Part shown: piece after piece, positions 49,916 to 52,142 of the stretch
Layout: each line of letters opens with the position of its first letter
Position numbering within the stretch: position 1 is the first letter of the stretch
Assembly (NCBI GenBank): GCA_964386425.1
Contig: CAYLQO010000003.1
Location: 1-52,142, forward strand
Length of the DNA stretch: 52,142 nucleotides
Direction of reading: 5' to 3'
From: an uncultured Gammaproteobacteria bacterium
GTDB lineage: Bacteria; Patescibacteriota; Patescibacteriia; UBA1558; S5-K13
Position numbers and translations under genes: made by a program
Notes under the pieces: generated by a model
Database searches by the model: none
Told to the model about the DNA's origin: nothing
What the model saw: only the letters and a program-made list of their open reading frames with translations

Positions 49916-52142
49916 ATGAACGAACAAAATAAAAACCAAAACGCAGTATATATTACTTTGTCGGAGGCAACAAAGTATTGTTCATATTCACAAGAATATT
50001 TATCTCTTCGTGCAAGACAAGGAAAATTAAAATCTATAAAAATTGGTAGAAATTGGAAAACCACAAAAGAGTGGGTAGAGGAATATGAGAAAGAAAATTT
50101 AGTAGAAGAATATCCAAATAAACAATTAGTCGAGGAAGAAATTTATATACCACTTTCTGAAGCAATAAAGTATTGTTCATATTCACAAGAATATTTATCT
50201 CTTCGTGCAAGACAAGGAAAATTAAAGGCAAAGAAAATTGATGGAACTTGGTTTACAAAAAAAAGTTATTTGAAAGAATACGAAGAAAAAAACAATGAGA
50301 TAAATTTTCAAATTCAATACGGAGATATTTCTCTTAATAAGAAACCAAATTTATCAGATAGACTTTTGACAGAGTTTAAACTTTTTAATGAAGAAAAATT
50401 TACAGAAGGTTTTTATAATGTCGTTGACATGATTAAAAATTTTAGTTTCTCATTGTTTTCATTTTTTAGATCTTTAAATTTCAAAAAACATTCAAATATA
50501 AAATCTCCGAAATTTGAACTTCAGAGAAGGTACTCGCTTAATCAATTAGTGAGATCTGTAAATTTTTTAGTTGTAACTTTTTTATTAATTTTAACAACAA
50601 GAATTTTTGTTCCACTCGCCTTTGGTGTTTATAGAGAAAATCAAAATAGCATAGAAAGAATTTTGTCTCTTTCTTCAGAGAAAATTTTTAATACTCATGA
50701 ATATGAAATTTTAAATATCAAAAATGAACTATCTGATTTAGGAAAATTTATTGCTGATGAATATAAAAATATTCCACATGAATTTCAAGTAGCCTATAAT
50801 GAAATTTCATATAGAGTAAATTCATTTAAACTTTTAGGAGACAACCAATTAAATAATTTTAATTTATTAAATTATGATAAAAATAATTATGATAAATTAG
50901 CTTATTCTATCTCTGACATTTTATCTTCTTTTGATGTGGCAAGATCATTGGATGAAAAAGAAAACTATTATATAGAAAACAATTTACCACATAAAACTCT
51001 CGGTACAAAAGTTTTTGGTGTAAGTGAATTAACTAGTAGCGTTTCTTCAAAAAAAACATTTTCACAAAAAATTATTAGTTTTATTGTTTCTTTAAATAAA
51101 TACAGGGATTATCCGGAATATATATCAGAAAACTTTGCCCATAAATTTGTATCAACAAGCTCAATTTTTTGGGATGGTGTTATTCAGTTTATAAAAGATG
51201 TTGCTGGAACACAGGAAATAAAGTATGTGTATCTTGGCAATATGACAGGTACTTCAACTCCAATTATTCAAAACTACTATACAATCAACGGAGAAACAAA
51301 AGTTTTACAAAATACAATTATAGTGAAAGGTGAAAAGGGTGAGGCTGGAGAAAAAGGTGAAAAGGGTGAGGCTGGAGAAAAAGGTGAAAAGGGAAGTGAT
51401 GGAAGTTTCACAAGTGGTGTTTATAATTTTGTTGGTGGCGGAACTACGATAGTTCAAAATGGGGCGTCTTTATCTGATAATAATACATGGACAGGAATAA
51501 ATACTTTTGTCGGTCTTGTAAACTTATCATCAGATCTATCTTCTTCTGGAGATGTAATCGTAACTGGAGATTCTTCATTTGCAACAACAACAGCAACAGG
51601 ACTTACATTATCAGACAATGGACTAATTATTTCATCATCAACTCCAGCTGTAACAGTAGATACTTTATACAATTTGGGCGGGGATCTTTATTGGAATGGT
51701 TCTGTTGTTGGATCTGGAACATTAGCAGATGGAAATGTAAGTGGAGATATGCTTTATTGGTCTGGCTCCTCATGGACACCAACATCAACATTATCTATTT
51801 CTGATACAAAAATTACACTTGCAAAAGATTTAGAGGTTTCTGGTAATTCCACTATAACCGGTAATTTTAATATTTCAGGTGTTTCTACTTTAGCAACAAC
51901 AACAGTATTGGGATTAACTGCAACAAATAATGGAGTCACACTTTCAGAATCAACACCAGCATCAACAACAAATACACTTTACAATATTGGTGGTTCATTA
52001 TATTGGAATGGTATGGCCATAGGATCTAGTGGTTTGGAGTCAGATCCTATATGGACTGCTGCATCAACATCATATGCACTACTTGCTGGTGCTAACTTTA
52101 CAGGAGATATATCAGTAGGAGGATTTGCAACAATAACAGCAG
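49916..52142 (+). CDS. Membrane-tethered protein: two excisionase-type HTH domains, one TM helix, a collagen-like G-X-Y tract and fibre-like repeats; runs off the right edge
   Basis: Absent from the ORF track because no stop is reached; I checked the frame codon by codon from ATG 49916. HTH 1: ITLSEATKYCSYSQEYLSLRARQGKLKSIKIGRNWKTTKEWVEEY. HTH 2: IPLSEAIKYCSYSQEYLSLRARQGKLKAKKIDGTWFTKKSYLKEY. TM helix: VNFLVVTFLLILTTRIFVPLAFGV. Collagen-like tract: GEKGEAGEKGEKGEAGEKGEKGSDG. Repeated fibre motif: TLYN[LI]GG.LYWNG. Confidence 0.8.
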   Translation, partial: MNEQNKNQNAVYITLSEATKYCSYSQEYLSLRARQGKLKSIKIGRNWKTTKEWVEEYEKENLVEEYPNKQLVEEEIYIPLSEAIKYCSYSQEYLSLRARQGKLKAKKIDGTWFTKKSYLKEYEEKNNEINFQIQYGDISLNKKPNLSDRLLTEFKLFNEEKFTEGFYNVVDMIKNFSFSLFSFFRSLNFKKHSNIKSPKFELQRRYSLNQLVRSVNFLVVTFLLILTTRIFVPLAFGVYRENQNSIERILSLSSEKIFNTHEYEILNIKNELSDLGKFIADEYKNIPHEFQVAYNEISYRVNSFKLLGDNQLNNFNLLNYDKNNYDKLAYSISDILSSFDVARSLDEKENYYIENNLPHKTLGTKVFGVSELTSSVSSKKTFSQKIISFIVSLNKYRDYPEYISENFAHKFVSTSSIFWDGVIQFIKDVAGTQEIKYVYLGNMTGTSTPIIQNYYTINGETKVLQNTIIVKGEKGEAGEKGEKGEAGEKGEKGSDGSFTSGVYNFVGGGTTIVQNGASLSDNNTWTGINTFVGLVNLSSDLSSSGDVIVTGDSSFATTTATGLTLSDNGLIISSSTPAVTVDTLYNLGGDLYWNGSVVGSGTLADGNVSGDMLYWSGSSWTPTSTLSISDTKITLAKDLEVSGNSTITGNFNISGVSTLATTTVLGLTATNNGVTLSESTPASTTNTLYNIGGSLYWNGMAIGSSGLESDPIWTAASTSYALLAGANFTGDISVGGFATITA
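49972..50226 (+). repeat. Pair of perfect 60-bp direct repeats (49972-50031 and 50167-50226), 195 bp apart, encoding the two HTH cores
   Basis: aaagtattgttcatattcacaagaatatttatctcttcgtgcaagacaaggaaaattaaa is present twice without a mismatch. Confidence 0.9.
51329..51403 (+). repeat. 27-bp tandem repeat (about 2.4 copies) encoding a collagen-like G-X-Y tract
   Basis: ggtgaaaagggtgaggctggagaaaaa occurs twice, followed by ggtgaaaaggga. Confidence 0.9.

Noticed and set aside
49745-49939. Track ORF (64 aa, minus strand; I/F/Y-rich).
   Set aside because: It is a translation of the AT-rich promoter and direct-repeat region; the repeated IYYF/PIYYF peptide simply mirrors the ATATATCGGATAA DNA repeats. 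It also overlaps the start of the 49916 ORF.

Overview
AT-rich (roughly 30% GC by eye), tightly packed bacterial chromosomal segment using the standard genetic code. Most start codons sit in A/T-rich contexts without a Shine-Dalgarno sequence. The gene content points, by inference only, to an anaerobic, reduced-genome Patescibacteria/CPR-like organism, and no biosynthetic operons are present. Left to right: a partial Elp3-like radical SAM gene and a SAM methyltransferase; a nine-gene relaxase-less, coupling-protein-less T4SS-like cluster (2023-11077); radA and recG; a 1278-aa repeat-rich surface protein; an oxidative-stress/base-excision group (rubrerythrin, desulfoferrodoxin, nth, archaeal-type ogg); prepilin peptidase with four pseudopilins; ligA, gatC, gatA, dsbA-like and lgt; a 1478-aa coiled-coil membrane giant; an M23 peptidase carrying CBM-like modules and a T9SS-type C-terminal domain; a D-Ala-D-Ala carboxypeptidase; a minus-strand MarR/HlyD/ABC/FtsX/FtsX efflux operon; and a minus-strand translation block (tRNA-Asp, rplT, rpmI, infC, tmRNA, smpB). 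The window ends in an open-ended ORF with two excisionase-type HTH domains, one TM helix, a collagen-like tract and fibre repeats. The two edge ORFs (1-1186 minus, 49916-52142 plus) are absent from the ORF track and come from my own translation. No CRISPR array, transposase, integrase, reverse transcriptase or rRNA was seen. Best candidates for something new: the T4SS-like cluster with its CXXC-less thioredoxin-fold protein and pilin/lytic-transglycosylase fusion; the membrane-tethered HTH fibre protein with a triple 13-17 bp repeat over its predicted promoter; a T9SS-type sorting domain in an apparently monoderm context; and several non-coding elements (a seven-run G-quadruplex motif at the ligA stop, a recurrent GC-clamp hairpin plus A-box just 5' of start codons, and a dispersed long AT palindrome). 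All homology calls rest on motif recognition by eye; no searches were run.
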